From Paracoccaceae bacterium (GTDB lineage: Bacteria; Pseudomonadota; Alphaproteobacteria; Rhodobacterales; Rhodobacteraceae): 64,000 nucleotides of DNA. The notes below the pieces were generated by a model, which saw only the letters and a program-made list of their open reading frames with translations, was not told the DNA's origin and made no database searches. Below are positions 1-9,034 of this stretch, piece by piece. A program made the translations under genes and the position numbers. Location: positions 1,900,776 through 1,964,775 of the forward strand of contig CBDEFR010000009.1 in assembly GCA_965237505.1 (NCBI GenBank), written 5' to 3'. The number at the start of each line of letters is the position of its first letter. Within the stretch, counting starts at the first letter, position 1.

Positions 1-23
1 AAGAGCTGTGGCGTATCGCTCAT
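1..23 (-). CDS. istB: IstB helper protein, first codons only (runs off the window)
   Basis: The ATG at 23-21 overlaps the istA TGA (ATGA) and opens MSDTPQL... The call rests on position in the IS21 istA-istB arrangement only. Confidence 0.3.
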
Positions 24-1519
24 GGCGCTGCCCCCTTCAGGAGCCCCATGTACGAGCGCGCCGAGGTTGTTGCCACCTCGGCGCGCGGCAGATAGGGATG
101 GGCCAGCAGGTTCAAGCGTGGCGGCCGCTTCTCGATCCGGCACAGCACCAGGTGCTTGACCGCATCGAAGCCGATCACGCCGCGCTCCAGCGCCTCCGAT
201 ATGGCGGCTCGAACATCGTCGAGGGAGAAGCTCTCGATTAGCCGCAGCACCTGGACGTATTCGCGCTTCCCGGCTTTGCCCATCCGCGCTTCAAGTAGGC
301 GGCGGAGATCGCCGAACACCGGCGGCAACAGCCAGCCGGCCAAGGGAGCCGCCTGATCCAGCGCGTTGGTCTTTTGCTCCAGCAAGGACAGATAGTGCAG
401 CGGATCGAAGACGAAGTCCTCTTGCTCGTATGAACGCGGGTGCCTGGCAATCACCTCTGCGGCGCAACTGATGACCACCTCGTGGACATAGCCGCGGACC
501 AGCACCTCGCAATGGCCGAACCGTGTGGGGACGGAGTAATCGGTGCCGCGATAGCGCACCAGCGACAGCGAACTGACCCGCCCCGGGCGCTTGTCGCAGG
601 CGTCGTAGGCGATTGCGGGAAGGCGCTGAAGAACCGCACGATCCCGTTCCAGGCGTTCGCCGACCGTCTGGTCGTGGCCACGCAGTTGTTCCGCCCATCG
701 CTTGGCGCAGCAGGCTTCAAGATGCGTGTTGAGATCATCGAAGTTCCGGAACCTTGGCATCGGCACCAGGAAGTTCCGGCGGCAATAGCCGACGATCCCC
801 TCGACCTTGCCCTTGTCGTTCCCCTTGCCGGGGCGGCCAAAGCGGTCCTCGAACAGGTAATGGGATCGTAACTCGCTGAACACACGTGTCCGCTGACGCT
901 TGCCGTCACCGAGGATGCGGGCCACCGCAATCCTGGTGTTGTCATAAAGGATCGAGCGCGGCACACCGCCGAAGAAGGAGAACCCCGAGACATGGCCGTC
1001 ACAGAAGGCCTCCGTGGTCTCCCCCGGATAGGCCTTCACAAAGCAGGCGTCCGAGTGGGGTAGGCTCATCGCCAGGAAGTGGATCTTGCGTTCCACGCCG
1101 CCGATGACGGCCAGGGCCTCGCCAAAATCAACCTGGGCGTGGCCGGGAGAATGCGTCAGCGGAACAAACATCTCCCGCCGGCGCTGTCGGACACCGCAGA
1201 TCTAGTCCTTCACAATGGTGATCTTGCCCGTAAAGCCGTACTCATCACGCCGCCGCTCGAATATCCGCTTCGATGTGTGACGGTGCGTCTTCGGACGATC
1301 CTTATCCTCTTCCAGAATACGGTCGATAATACCGATGAACGGATCGAGCTTCGGGCGGACCGGAGGCCGCGTCCGGACATAACCCGGTGGCACCGAATAG
1401 CTCAACATCTTCCTGACCGTGCGCGGGTCGATCCCAAAACAACGAGCCGCTTCGCGTTGGCTCAGACCCTCAATCATTACCGCGTGGCGAACCCGCCCAT
1501 ACAGTTCCACTCGCTTCAT
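20..1519 (-). pseudogene. istA: IS21 IstA transposase interrupted by an in-frame TAG
   Basis: The HTH N-terminus (1202-1519, MKRVELYGRVRHAVMIEGLSQREAARCFGIDPRTV...) and the DDE body (20-1171, ...HAQVDFGEA...) are in the same frame. They are separated by TAG at 1202-1204, where IstA proteins normally read ..VKDY... Confidence 0.85.
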
Positions 1520-1629
1520 CCCCCACCCTTCGCTCCAAAATGCAAAGGGCTATCGCTGACGGAATTTTGCTCCGGCGCAACCAGACTCTCCGGCCGCTTC
1601 AGTGAGGGATTATTGCTCCGGCGTTCTCA

Positions 1630-2789
1630 TACCAACGGCCCCCAGATTTGACTCAAGGGGATTCCCACGAGCGGCGTGATCTGATTCAGTGGCATCAAGG
1701 CAAGGGAGGCTTTGATGGCAGTAAGGATTACGCGAAAAGACAAGTCCGCAGGCGAGCTTCGCCAGGAAGCGGCGCGGTGCCGGGATGGGAAAGCGGCGCG
1801 ACGGGTGTTGGCGATTGCCCTGGTTCTGGATGGGGTTGACCGCAAGACGGCGGCAGAAAACTGCGGCATGGATCGGCAGACGCTGCGGGATTGGGCCCAC
1901 CGTTACAATGCGGAGGGCGTGTCGGGCCTGTTCAACCGTCGCCCGCCGGATCCACCCTGTCTGCTGAGCGCGGCACAGAAGGAGGAGTTGGCGGAAATGG
2001 TTCGGGCGGGTCCCGACCCCGAAACCGATGGGGTTGTGCGCTGGCGGCGCATTGATCTGAAACGCAAGATCGAAGAGCGCTTCGGCGTCACCATGCATGA
2101 GCGAACTGTTGGCAAACAATTGGCAAGCCTGGGCTTTCGGCGTCTGTCGGTGCGCCCGCAGCATCCGAAATCCGACCCGGATGCACAGGAGGCTTTTAAA
2201 AAAACTTCGCCGCAGAGGTAGAAGCAGCCTTGCCGGAAACAGCCCGCAGCAAGCCCCTGGAGATATGGTTTCAGGATGAAGCGCGGGTTGGCCAGCAGGG
2301 CACGCTCACCCGTATCTGGGCCGAGCGTGGAACACGCCCCCGTGCCCCGCGCGACACCCGCTATATCTGAAGCTACATTTTCGGCGCCGTCTGCCCGGAA
2401 CGGGCTGAAGCGGCCGCTCTGATCATGCCACATGCCGACACACAGGTCATGAGCGCGCATCTCGCCGAGATCGCTAAAACCGTCGCATCGGGCGCACATG
2501 CCCTTCTCATTCTGGATGGCGCTGGCTGGCACGGTTCGGCAGAGCTGGAGGTACCCGACAACATCACCCTGCTCAAACTCCCGCCCTATTCCCCTGAACT
2601 CAACCCGATGGAAAATGTGTGGGCTTATCTGCGTGCCAACAAGCTCGCCATATCCGTCTTCGACAATTATGAGCAGATCGTCGACAGGTGTTGCGAAGCA
2701 TGGAACTTCTTTGCAAACGACAAAACCGCAATCACGTCATTCACTACCAGACAATGGGCCAAAACGGTCAACGACTAGGGCCGTTGGTA
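1630..2789 (+). mobile_element. IS630-family element, copy 1 (1160 bp)
   Basis: Terminal inverted repeats CCAACGGCCC (1632-1641) and GGGCCGTTGG (2778-2787) are each flanked by TA (1630-1631, 2788-2789), the IS630 target duplication. Confidence 0.85.
1712..2778 (+). pseudogene. IS630 transposase: -1 frameshift site plus in-frame TGA
   Basis: The HTH part (1712-2221) and DDE part (to 2778, ...LKLPPYSPELNPMENVW...) join by a -1 shift on the A7 run at 2198-2204. The downstream frame carries TGA at 2368-2370 (..DTRYI*SYIFGAVCP..), where copy 2 reads DQRYRNAYLFGAICP. Confidence 0.8.
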
Positions 2790-3266
2790 TCAGTCGTGGG
2801 CAGCGGCACGAATTTCACCCTGTATTTCCCCGCCCACACAAAGGTGGAACCGGTCCAGGACACCAAGCTCACCGCAACGCCAAAACCGGCGCATCTGCAA
2901 ACCGGTGGTGTTGTGCTGCTGGTCGAAGATGAGGCACCGGTGCGCGCATTCGCCGCGCGCGCCCTAAAGATGCGCGGCTACACGGTACTAGAGGCTGAAA
3001 ATGCCGAACAGGCGCTGCAGACGCTTGAGGACCCGTCGCTGAATGTCGACGTCTTTGTCACCGATGTGATCATGCCCGGAATGGATGGGCGCAGCTGGGT
3101 CGCCGAAGCGCTGCAAGACCGTCCCGATGTGCGCGTGGTGTTTGTTTCAGGCTACGCCGAAGACAGTTTTTCCGAACAGCAAGCGCGGATCCCGAATTCG
3201 GTGTTTTTGCCGAAACCGTTTTCGCTCAGCGAACTGACGGCAACGGTGCTGGATCAGATTCACTAG
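2790..3266 (+). pseudogene. 3' remnant of a hybrid sensor histidine kinase/response regulator (end of HATPase domain plus receiver domain)
   Basis: The sequence starts abruptly at the IS630 end with SVVGSGTNFTLYFP (G2-box end of HATPase_c). A REC domain follows (VLLVEDEAPVR...DVIMPGMDG...FLPKPFS). No N-terminal sensor or DHp part is present. Confidence 0.75.
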
Positions 3267-3415
3267 ATGGAGCGCGCGCCGCCGAGGGCCAGGGGCGCAA
3301 TTTTTTGCGAAAAATATTTGTCGCGCGGTTGGCAGGCGATTTTTCGCGCGAACCTGCTGTGACCTAAACGCTTCGTTAACTTTGCCTTGCGAAAGTCGGA
3401 TCGGAACAATTTACT

Positions 3416-4605
3416 CTTACCACCCTTCAAAAAATCCAAACTTGCCATAATTTAGGGATTTTCTCATATCCTATGAAGCATCTGCGCAGGAACCGCAGGC
3501 CCTGTTTGAAGAGGGAGCAGAGTGATCTTCGGGTTTTGCGAATCCCCTTTTTTCGCCGCTTTCGGCGACTATTTGTTCATCTGCTGCGCCCGTTGAAACC
3601 GCCCAGTACATGGCTATTGCCATGACAAGGATAAGCCTTTCCAGTCGGTCTGGCTTTTTGATTTGGCTTTGCGCGATGCCAAATCCACGGGTCTTGAAGT
3701 CCGAGAACATAGCTTCAATACCCCATCGCATTCCATAATCGAGAACCGTGTATTGTGAAGGCTTTGCATTCATAGCGATGATCCAGGGCTCAGGGTGACC
3801 ATCGTCGTGCAATACTCCGATATTCGTAAACACACCTGATCCATAAAGTTCCGCGTTTATAAGCCCTTGCGGCATCAGCTCCCGGATTTCAATGCAAGAC
3901 AGCTCGCCACCTTGGTGCTGCAAAGTCAGGTTGCCCTTCAGGCGAATACGATATCCCCAACCAGCGTCCTGACACCAATGGATTAACCTTTCTGTGCCAT
4001 AAAATCGATCACCCGTTAACATGACATCAGCCCCTTCAGGCATCCAATCCTGAATGCTGTCCAGTAACTCTTTTTGGAGAGAAAACCCAATATTGCCTTT
4101 TGTCTTGCGCACGCGCCAAGCCACAGGCAAGGCGCGATCACGCATGCGCACTGACAGCATCAAGACTTCATGTCCGTCATTGATATGGCTTTGATCCATC
4201 ATCAAAACGATGGTCTCTCCGTTGGAGGCCAAACGGGTGAATACATCTCCAGCATAGGCCTGCATGATTTCCGCGCAATCAATGTGGGAATTGCTCAAAA
4301 CACGGGAACCATACTGGTACCGATGATCTTTTGTGCCGATGTGCCGCGGTAAAGTCGCCGATAATTCCATCAAATTCGCACTTCGCACATCAAGAACGAT
4401 GCTCGAAAGCAGTGTAAGGCCTTCGCAGCGGGATTTATGAAACTTTGGAAGCCGCTCTATAAAATCAGCCTTGATAGCTTCGTTTACCCCAGAAAAACCC
4501 AATGAAACAACCATACAACATCTCCAATTCTATAACAGGAGACTCCTTGAATCACAGCATGTGGACAGATGGCAAGCTTAATTCGCTAAATTGAAGGTTG
4601 GTAAG
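3416..4605 (-). mobile_element. IS4-family element, copy A (1190 bp)
   Basis: Imperfect terminal IRs are CTTACCACCCTTCAA.../...TTGAAGGTTGGTAAG. A 9-bp direct repeat CAATTTACT lies at 3407-3415 and 4606-4614. A near-identical copy lies at 47328-48517. Confidence 0.9.
3471..4514 (-). CDS. IS4-family DDE transposase (347 aa)
   Basis: This is a full ORF. The Y-(2)-R-(3)-E-(6)-K signature is present in DYGMRWGIEAMFSDFK, along with DDE-type motifs (LMMDQS, LTGDRFY). Confidence 0.85.
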   Translation of the reverse strand: MVVSLGFSGVNEAIKADFIERLPKFHKSRCEGLTLLSSIVLDVRSANLMELSATLPRHIGTKDHRYQYGSRVLSNSHIDCAEIMQAYAGDVFTRLASNGETIVLMMDQSHINDGHEVLMLSVRMRDRALPVAWRVRKTKGNIGFSLQKELLDSIQDWMPEGADVMLTGDRFYGTERLIHWCQDAGWGYRIRLKGNLTLQHQGGELSCIEIRELMPQGLINAELYGSGVFTNIGVLHDDGHPEPWIIAMNAKPSQYTVLDYGMRWGIEAMFSDFKTRGFGIAQSQIKKPDRLERLILVMAIAMYWAVSTGAADEQIVAESGEKRGFAKPEDHSAPSSNRACGSCADAS

Positions 4606-4613
4606 CAATTTAC

Positions 4614-4642
4614 TTGAAATGTTCGCCTTTTGATCTCATAAG
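4614..4642 (+). promoter_or_regulatory. Putative recA promoter (TTGAAA-N17-CATAAG)
   Basis: This is a hexamer match by eye. It lies directly upstream of the SOS box, and the -35 abuts the IS4 target duplication. Confidence 0.35.
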
Positions 4643-4651
4643 AACGAATGA

Positions 4652-4666
4652 GAACAAGAGGTGAAC
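4652..4666 (+). promoter_or_regulatory. LexA (SOS) box, alphaproteobacterial direct-repeat type GAAC-N7-GAAC
   Basis: GAACAAGAGGTGAAC lies 51 nt upstream of the recA ATG. Confidence 0.7.
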
Positions 4667-4716
4667 ACCAAGCAGGATTGCCGCCCAACACAGGGTATGG
4701 AATAAGGAAGCAAACA

Positions 4717-5811
4717 ATGGCTACGGCAAATATTCTTGAAATGACTTACAAGCGCAGCACCGACAAACAAAAGGCGCTTGACTCAGCGCTGGCCCAGATT
4801 GAGCGGCAGTTTGGCAAGGGCTCGATCATGAGGCTCGGCGGCGACAGTCCGGTGGCCGAGATTGATGCGACCTCGACCGGATCGCTCGGTTTGGACATTG
4901 CGCTTGGCATCGGCGGCCTGCCGAAAGGGCGGGTGACCGAAATCTATGGCCCAGAAAGTTCCGGCAAAACCACGCTGACGCTGCATTGCATCGCCGAAGC
5001 GCAGAAAACGGGCGGCGTTTGCGCCTTTGTGGACGCCGAGCACGCGCTGGATCCGCTCTATGCCAGGAAACTCGGCGTCAATCTGGACGAGCTGTTGATA
5101 TCGCAGCCCGACACCGGCGAACAGGCGCTGGAAATCACCGACACGCTAGTGCGCTCCGGCGCGGTCAGCATGATTGTCATCGATTCGGTGGCGGCGCTGA
5201 CCCCGAGAGCCGAGCTCGAGGGCGACATGGGCGACCACCAGGTCGGCGCCCAGGCCCGGCTGATGAGCCAAGCGATGCGCAAACTGACCAGCTCAATCTC
5301 TAAATCGAAATGCAGTATCATTTTCATCAACCAGATCCGCATGAAGATCGGCGTGATGTTCGGCAGCCCCGAAACCACCTCTGGCGGCAATGCGTTGAAA
5401 TTCTATGCTTCGGTGCGCCTGGATATCCGCCGCATCGGCGCCATCAAGGACCGCGACGAGGTGGTCGGAAACGCCACCCGCGTTAAAGTGGTCAAGAACA
5501 AGGTGGCGCCACCCTTCAAACAGGTCGAATTTGACATCATGTATGGCGAAGGCATCTCGAAAACCGGCGAACTCTTGGATCTGGGCGTGAAAGCCGGGAT
5601 TGTCGAGAAGGCCGGGTCCTGGTTTTCCTATGGTGATGAGCGGATCGGACAGGGCCGTGAAAACGCCAAAGTTTTCCTGAAAAAAAACCCCCGCATCGCG
5701 CTGGAAATCGAAGACAAGATCCGCGCCGCGCATGGGCTTGATTTTGATTTCGATGCGAAAGTTGCGAATATTGCCCAAGACAAAAAGGACGATGCAGTGC
5801 TCGAAGGCTAG
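4717..5811 (+). CDS. recA: Recombinase RecA
   Basis: MATANILEM...[25 protein letters not shown]...[10 protein letters not shown]. The start was chosen at the ATG with the AAGGAAG RBS. The longer ORF from 4648 would begin inside the SOS box. Confidence 0.95.
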   Translation: MATANILEMTYKRSTDKQKALDSALAQIERQFGKGSIMRLGGDSPVAEIDATSTGSLGLDIALGIGGLPKGRVTEIYGPESSGKTTLTLHCIAEAQKTGGVCAFVDAEHALDPLYARKLGVNLDELLISQPDTGEQALEITDTLVRSGAVSMIVIDSVAALTPRAELEGDMGDHQVGAQARLMSQAMRKLTSSISKSKCSIIFINQIRMKIGVMFGSPETTSGGNALKFYASVRLDIRRIGAIKDRDEVVGNATRVKVVKNKVAPPFKQVEFDIMYGEGISKTGELLDLGVKAGIVEKAGSWFSYGDERIGQGRENAKVFLKKNPRIALEIEDKIRAAHGLDFDFDAKVANIAQDKKDDAVLEG

Positions 5812-5845
5812 GGTCTGGACCCTAAGCAATCAGAAATCCGCGAAC

Positions 5846-5874
5846 GGCCGGGCCATATGGCCCGACCTTTTTTG
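5846..5874 (+). terminator. Rho-independent terminator after recA
   Basis: A CGGGCC-ATAT-GGCCCG stem-loop is followed by TTTTTT. Confidence 0.7.
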
Positions 5875-5950
5875 TTGCGGTGGACAGCTTGGGAGCAGGG
5901 CGATAAACGATATTCAACTGTGAGCGCCGCTGCGAAAGACACCTGAAGCT

Positions 5951-8611
5951 ATGACCAGCCTGAACGATATCCGGTCGACGTTTCTGAGCTATTTTGAACG
6001 CAACGGTCATGAAGTTGTCGACAGCTCGCCGCTGGTGCCGCGCAACGACCCGACACTGATGTTCACCAATTCCGGCATGGTGCAGTTCAAGAACCTGTTC
6101 ACCGGACTTGAAAGGCGCGATTATGCGCGCGCTGTCACATCGCAAAAGTGCGTGCGCGCCGGTGGCAAGCACAATGATCTGGACAATGTCGGTTACACCG
6201 CACGCCACCTGACGTTTTTTGAAATGTTGGGAAATTTCTCGTTTGGCGATTATTTCAAGGCGCAAGCGATTGCCTATTCATGGGAGCTTTTGACCAAAGA
6301 CTTCGGGATCGACAAAGACCGGCTGCTGGTCACCATCTATCACACCGATGACGAGGCCGCCGAGATCTGGAAAAAGGTCGCCGGCCTGCCCGAAGAACGG
6401 ATCATCCGGATCGCGACACATGACAATTTCTGGATGATGGGCGCTACCGGCCCGTGCGGCCCCTGCACCGAAATCTTCTATGATCACGGCGATCAGATCT
6501 GGGGCGGCCCGCCGGGCGGTTCGCAAGAACACGGCGACCGGTTCATCGAAATCTGGAATCTGGTCTTCATGCAGAACGAGCAATTCGAAGACGCGCCGAT
6601 GAAAGAGCTTGCGATTAAATCGATCGACACCGGCATGGGGCTGGAACGGATCGGATCACTGCTGCAGGGCAGCAACGACGTTTACCGCACCGACCTGATG
6701 CGCGCCCTGATCGAGGCCAGTGCCCATGTCACCGGCCAGGATGCGGACGGGCCGGGCAACGTGCATCACCGGGTGATTGCCGACCATTTGCGCTCGACCG
6801 CATTTCTGATTGCCGAGGGTGTGCTACCCGCAAACGAGGGCCGCGGTTATGTGCTGCGCCGGATCATGCGGCGCGCCATGCGGCACGCGCATCAGCTCGG
6901 CGCGCGCGCGCCGGTGATGCACCAGCTGGTGCCGGCCATGGTGGCGCAGATGGGCCAGGCCTATCCGGAACTGGGCCGCAGTCAGGCGATGATCGAAGAA
7001 ACCCTGCAACTGGAAGAGGTCCGCTTCAAAGCTACGCTGGAACGTGGCTTGCGGCTGCTGGACGATGAATTGGACAAACTGGCAGACGGCGCAGAGCTTC
7101 CGGGCGCCGCGGCATTCAAACTGTATGACACGTTTGGATTTCCGCTGGACCTGACCCAGGACGCGCTGCGCGAAATGGGCCGCACGCTGGATGTGGCCGG
7201 ATTTGACGCGGCAATGGCCGCGCAAAAAGCCAAGGCGCGGGCGGCCTGGGCCGGCTCGGGGGAAACCGCCGACGCCGCGATCTGGTATGATCTGGCCGAA
7301 AAACACGGGGTCACCGAGTTTCTGGGCTATGACACTGAACAGGCCGAGGGGCAGGTTCTGGCACTGGTGCGCGATGGCACAGCACTGGACCATGCCGACG
7401 CTGGCGATACGGTGCAGATCGTCGTCAATCAGACGCCGTTTTACGGAGAGGCCGGCGGCCAGGTCGGCGACACCGGGACGCTGAAAACCGACACCGGCCG
7501 CGCGCGCATCACCGACACCCGCAAAGCCGCCGGCGTGTTCATTCATATCGCCGAAGTGACCGAGGGCCGGATCGCGCGTGGCGACGGTGCCGAACTGAGC
7601 GTTAATCACGCCCGGCGCACCGCGATCCGCGCCAATCACTCGGCCACGCACCTGTTGCACGAGGCACTGCGCGACACGCTTGGAACCCATGTGGCGCAGC
7701 GCGGATCGCTGAACGCGGATGACCGGTTGCGTTTTGATTTCTCGCATTCCAAGGCGCTGAGCGCGCAGGAACTGAGCCAGGTGTCGGCCGAAGTGAACCG
7801 CTTCATCCGCCAGAACAGCGCGGTGGAGACCCGCATCATGACGCCGGATGATGCCCGCGCGATCGGCGCGCAGGCGCTGTTCGGCGAGAAATACAGCGAC
7901 GAGGTGCGGGTGGTTTCGATGGGCCGGGCGGCGACCGGCAAGGGCCTGGACGAACAGACCTGGTCGATCGAGCTTTGCGGCGGCACCCATGTTGCGCGCA
8001 CCGGCGACATCGGGCTGTGCGTGGTGCTGGGTGATGCTGCGTCCAGTGCCGGTGTGCGCCGGATCGAGGCATTGACCGGCGCAACCGCACTTAACCATCT
8101 GCTATCCGCCATCACGCGGGTGGCTGACGTCGCCGCGGCTCTCAAGGCACCACTGGGCGAGGTTGTTGACCGTGTCAGCGCGCTGATCGATGAACGAAAG
8201 TCGCTACAAAACGAAGTTTCGCAATTGCGCCGGGAACTGGCCCTTGGCGGAAGCGCCGCACACGGCGGTGGGCCGGAGGTGAGGGACATCAATGGCATAT
8301 CGTTCATCTCTCAGGTGGTTCCCGGGGTGACCGGCAAGGACCTTCCGGCGTTGATCGACGAACATAAGACCAGTCTGGGCTCCGGCGCAGTGCTGCTGAT
8401 CGCGGATAACGGCGGCAAGGCGGCGGTCGCTGCCGGGGTGACCGATGACATGACCGATCGGCTGTCAGCGGTTGAACTGGTCCAAGCGGCCGTGGCCGAA
8501 CTTGGCGGCACAGGCGGCGGCGGCCGCGCCGACTTGGCGCAGGGCGGTGGCCCGTCGGCGGATAATGCGGCCGGGGCGATTGCCGCGGTCGAAAAGGTGA
8601 TAGGAGGCTGA
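5951..8611 (+). CDS. alaS: Alanine--tRNA ligase
   Basis: This is an 886-aa ORF with a typical AlaRS N-terminus ([10 protein letters not shown]..., [16 protein letters not shown]). Confidence 0.95.
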   Translation: MTSLNDIRSTFLSYFERNGHEVVDSSPLVPRNDPTLMFTNSGMVQFKNLFTGLERRDYARAVTSQKCVRAGGKHNDLDNVGYTARHLTFFEMLGNFSFGDYFKAQAIAYSWELLTKDFGIDKDRLLVTIYHTDDEAAEIWKKVAGLPEERIIRIATHDNFWMMGATGPCGPCTEIFYDHGDQIWGGPPGGSQEHGDRFIEIWNLVFMQNEQFEDAPMKELAIKSIDTGMGLERIGSLLQGSNDVYRTDLMRALIEASAHVTGQDADGPGNVHHRVIADHLRSTAFLIAEGVLPANEGRGYVLRRIMRRAMRHAHQLGARAPVMHQLVPAMVAQMGQAYPELGRSQAMIEETLQLEEVRFKATLERGLRLLDDELDKLADGAELPGAAAFKLYDTFGFPLDLTQDALREMGRTLDVAGFDAAMAAQKAKARAAWAGSGETADAAIWYDLAEKHGVTEFLGYDTEQAEGQVLALVRDGTALDHADAGDTVQIVVNQTPFYGEAGGQVGDTGTLKTDTGRARITDTRKAAGVFIHIAEVTEGRIARGDGAELSVNHARRTAIRANHSATHLLHEALRDTLGTHVAQRGSLNADDRLRFDFSHSKALSAQELSQVSAEVNRFIRQNSAVETRIMTPDDARAIGAQALFGEKYSDEVRVVSMGRAATGKGLDEQTWSIELCGGTHVARTGDIGLCVVLGDAASSAGVRRIEALTGATALNHLLSAITRVADVAAALKAPLGEVVDRVSALIDERKSLQNEVSQLRRELALGGSAAHGGGPEVRDINGISFISQVVPGVTGKDLPALIDEHKTSLGSGAVLLIADNGGKAAVAAGVTDDMTDRLSAVELVQAAVAELGGTGGGGRADLAQGGGPSADNAAGAIAAVEKVIGG

Positions 8612-8612
8612 G

Positions 8613-8900
8613 ATGGCGGCACTTTGGATCGCACATGTACTGGTGACCGACGAAGAAAGATATATGAAATACGCTGCCATCGCCACCAGGGCGATTGCCG
8701 CGCATGGTGGTAAATTTATCGCCCGCGGCGGGCGCTATGTGCAGCTCGAAGGCAATGACCGGCCCCGAAACGTGGTGGCGCGGTTTGGCTCATTTGACGA
8801 CGCGGTGGCGTGCTATGACTCAGAGCTTTATCAACAGGCGCTGAGCCACGCGCGCGGGGCCAGTGAACGCGATGTCGTGGTCGTGGAAACCACCGATTAA
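8613..8900 (+). CDS. DUF1330-like small protein
   Basis: This is a 95-aa ORF starting 2 nt after alaS. The family call is from memory of the fold signature (..ARFGSFDDAVACYDSELYQQA..). Confidence 0.55.
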   Translation: MAALWIAHVLVTDEERYMKYAAIATRAIAAHGGKFIARGGRYVQLEGNDRPRNVVARFGSFDDAVACYDSELYQQALSHARGASERDVVVVETTD

Positions 8901-8954
8901 GTCAAGCGCCCGCCGGTGCCACGATATTTTTTCGGCCCTTTGGGCCGAGTGATT

Positions 8955-9024
8955 GCCTTCGGCGAGGATATTTACTGTAAAGAATCTGGCATCTTCTTTT
9001 CAAAAATATCCTCGCGCGAAGCGC
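8955..9024. repeat. Inverted pair of the dispersed GGATATTTT..AAAGAAGA intergenic repeat
   Basis: The forward copy is at 8955-8986 (GCCTTCGGCGAGGATATTTACTGTAAAGAATC). The reverse copy is at 8991-9024. Together they form a ~25-bp-arm imperfect hairpin between convergent genes. Confidence 0.7.
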
Positions 9025-9034
9025 CTGACAGTAA

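Larger units (their letters stand above)
1..1629 (-). mobile_element. IS21-family insertion sequence, cut by the window edge (istB start, istA, terminal repeat region)
   Basis: IstA-type ORFs lie at 20-1519. Two direct TTGCTCCGGCG repeats (1567-1577, 1613-1623) and a terminus reading TGAGAACGC on the - strand, ending at 1629, resemble the multi-repeat IS21 end. Confidence 0.75.

Noticed and set aside
1610-2164. Long antisense ORFs covering the 5' halves of both IS630 copies (1610-2164 and 11006-11551).
   Set aside because: Their presence in both diverged copies is intriguing. However, the products are low in complexity and the ORFs are the expected mirror of a GC3-rich sense frame. There is no start context or motif to support coding.
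2368-2370. The in-frame TGA in the IS630 copy 1 transposase, considered as a recoding site (selenocysteine or readthrough).
   Set aside because: I see no SECIS-like hairpin downstream. The element sits in an IS pile-up with another nonsense-mutated transposase, so simple inactivation is more parsimonious.
4642-4655. A second possible SOS half-site pair, GAAC-N6-GAAC, overlapping the recA box. There is also a GTTC-N7-GATC at 4621-4635.
   Set aside because: The first has wrong spacing (6 rather than 7). The second has one mismatch. They may contribute, but I cannot support them as sites.
4648-4716. An upstream ATG at 4648 giving a 23-residue N-terminal extension to RecA ([23 protein letters not shown]).
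   Set aside because: The extension starts inside the promoter and SOS-box region and has no RBS. The conserved RecA N-terminus begins at the ATG at 4717, which has an AAGGAAG RBS.
6824-8098. A 424-aa ORF antisense to alaS. Similar long antisense ORFs occur at 20355-21527 (in the binding-protein gene), 17035-18033 (in mfd), 30991-32016 (in the AsmA-like gene) and 59745-60908 (across ccmC-ccmG).
   Set aside because: They are typical high-GC shadow ORFs. Their products are Arg/Ala/Pro/Gly-rich and low in complexity, with no motifs. Each lies fully inside a confidently identified gene on the other strand.
8931-8947. The hairpin TCGGCCC-TTT-GGGCCGA considered as a terminator for the DUF1330-like gene or typA.
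   Set aside because: The T-run precedes the stem on the + strand, and an A-run follows it on the - strand. It fits neither orientation as an intrinsic terminator.
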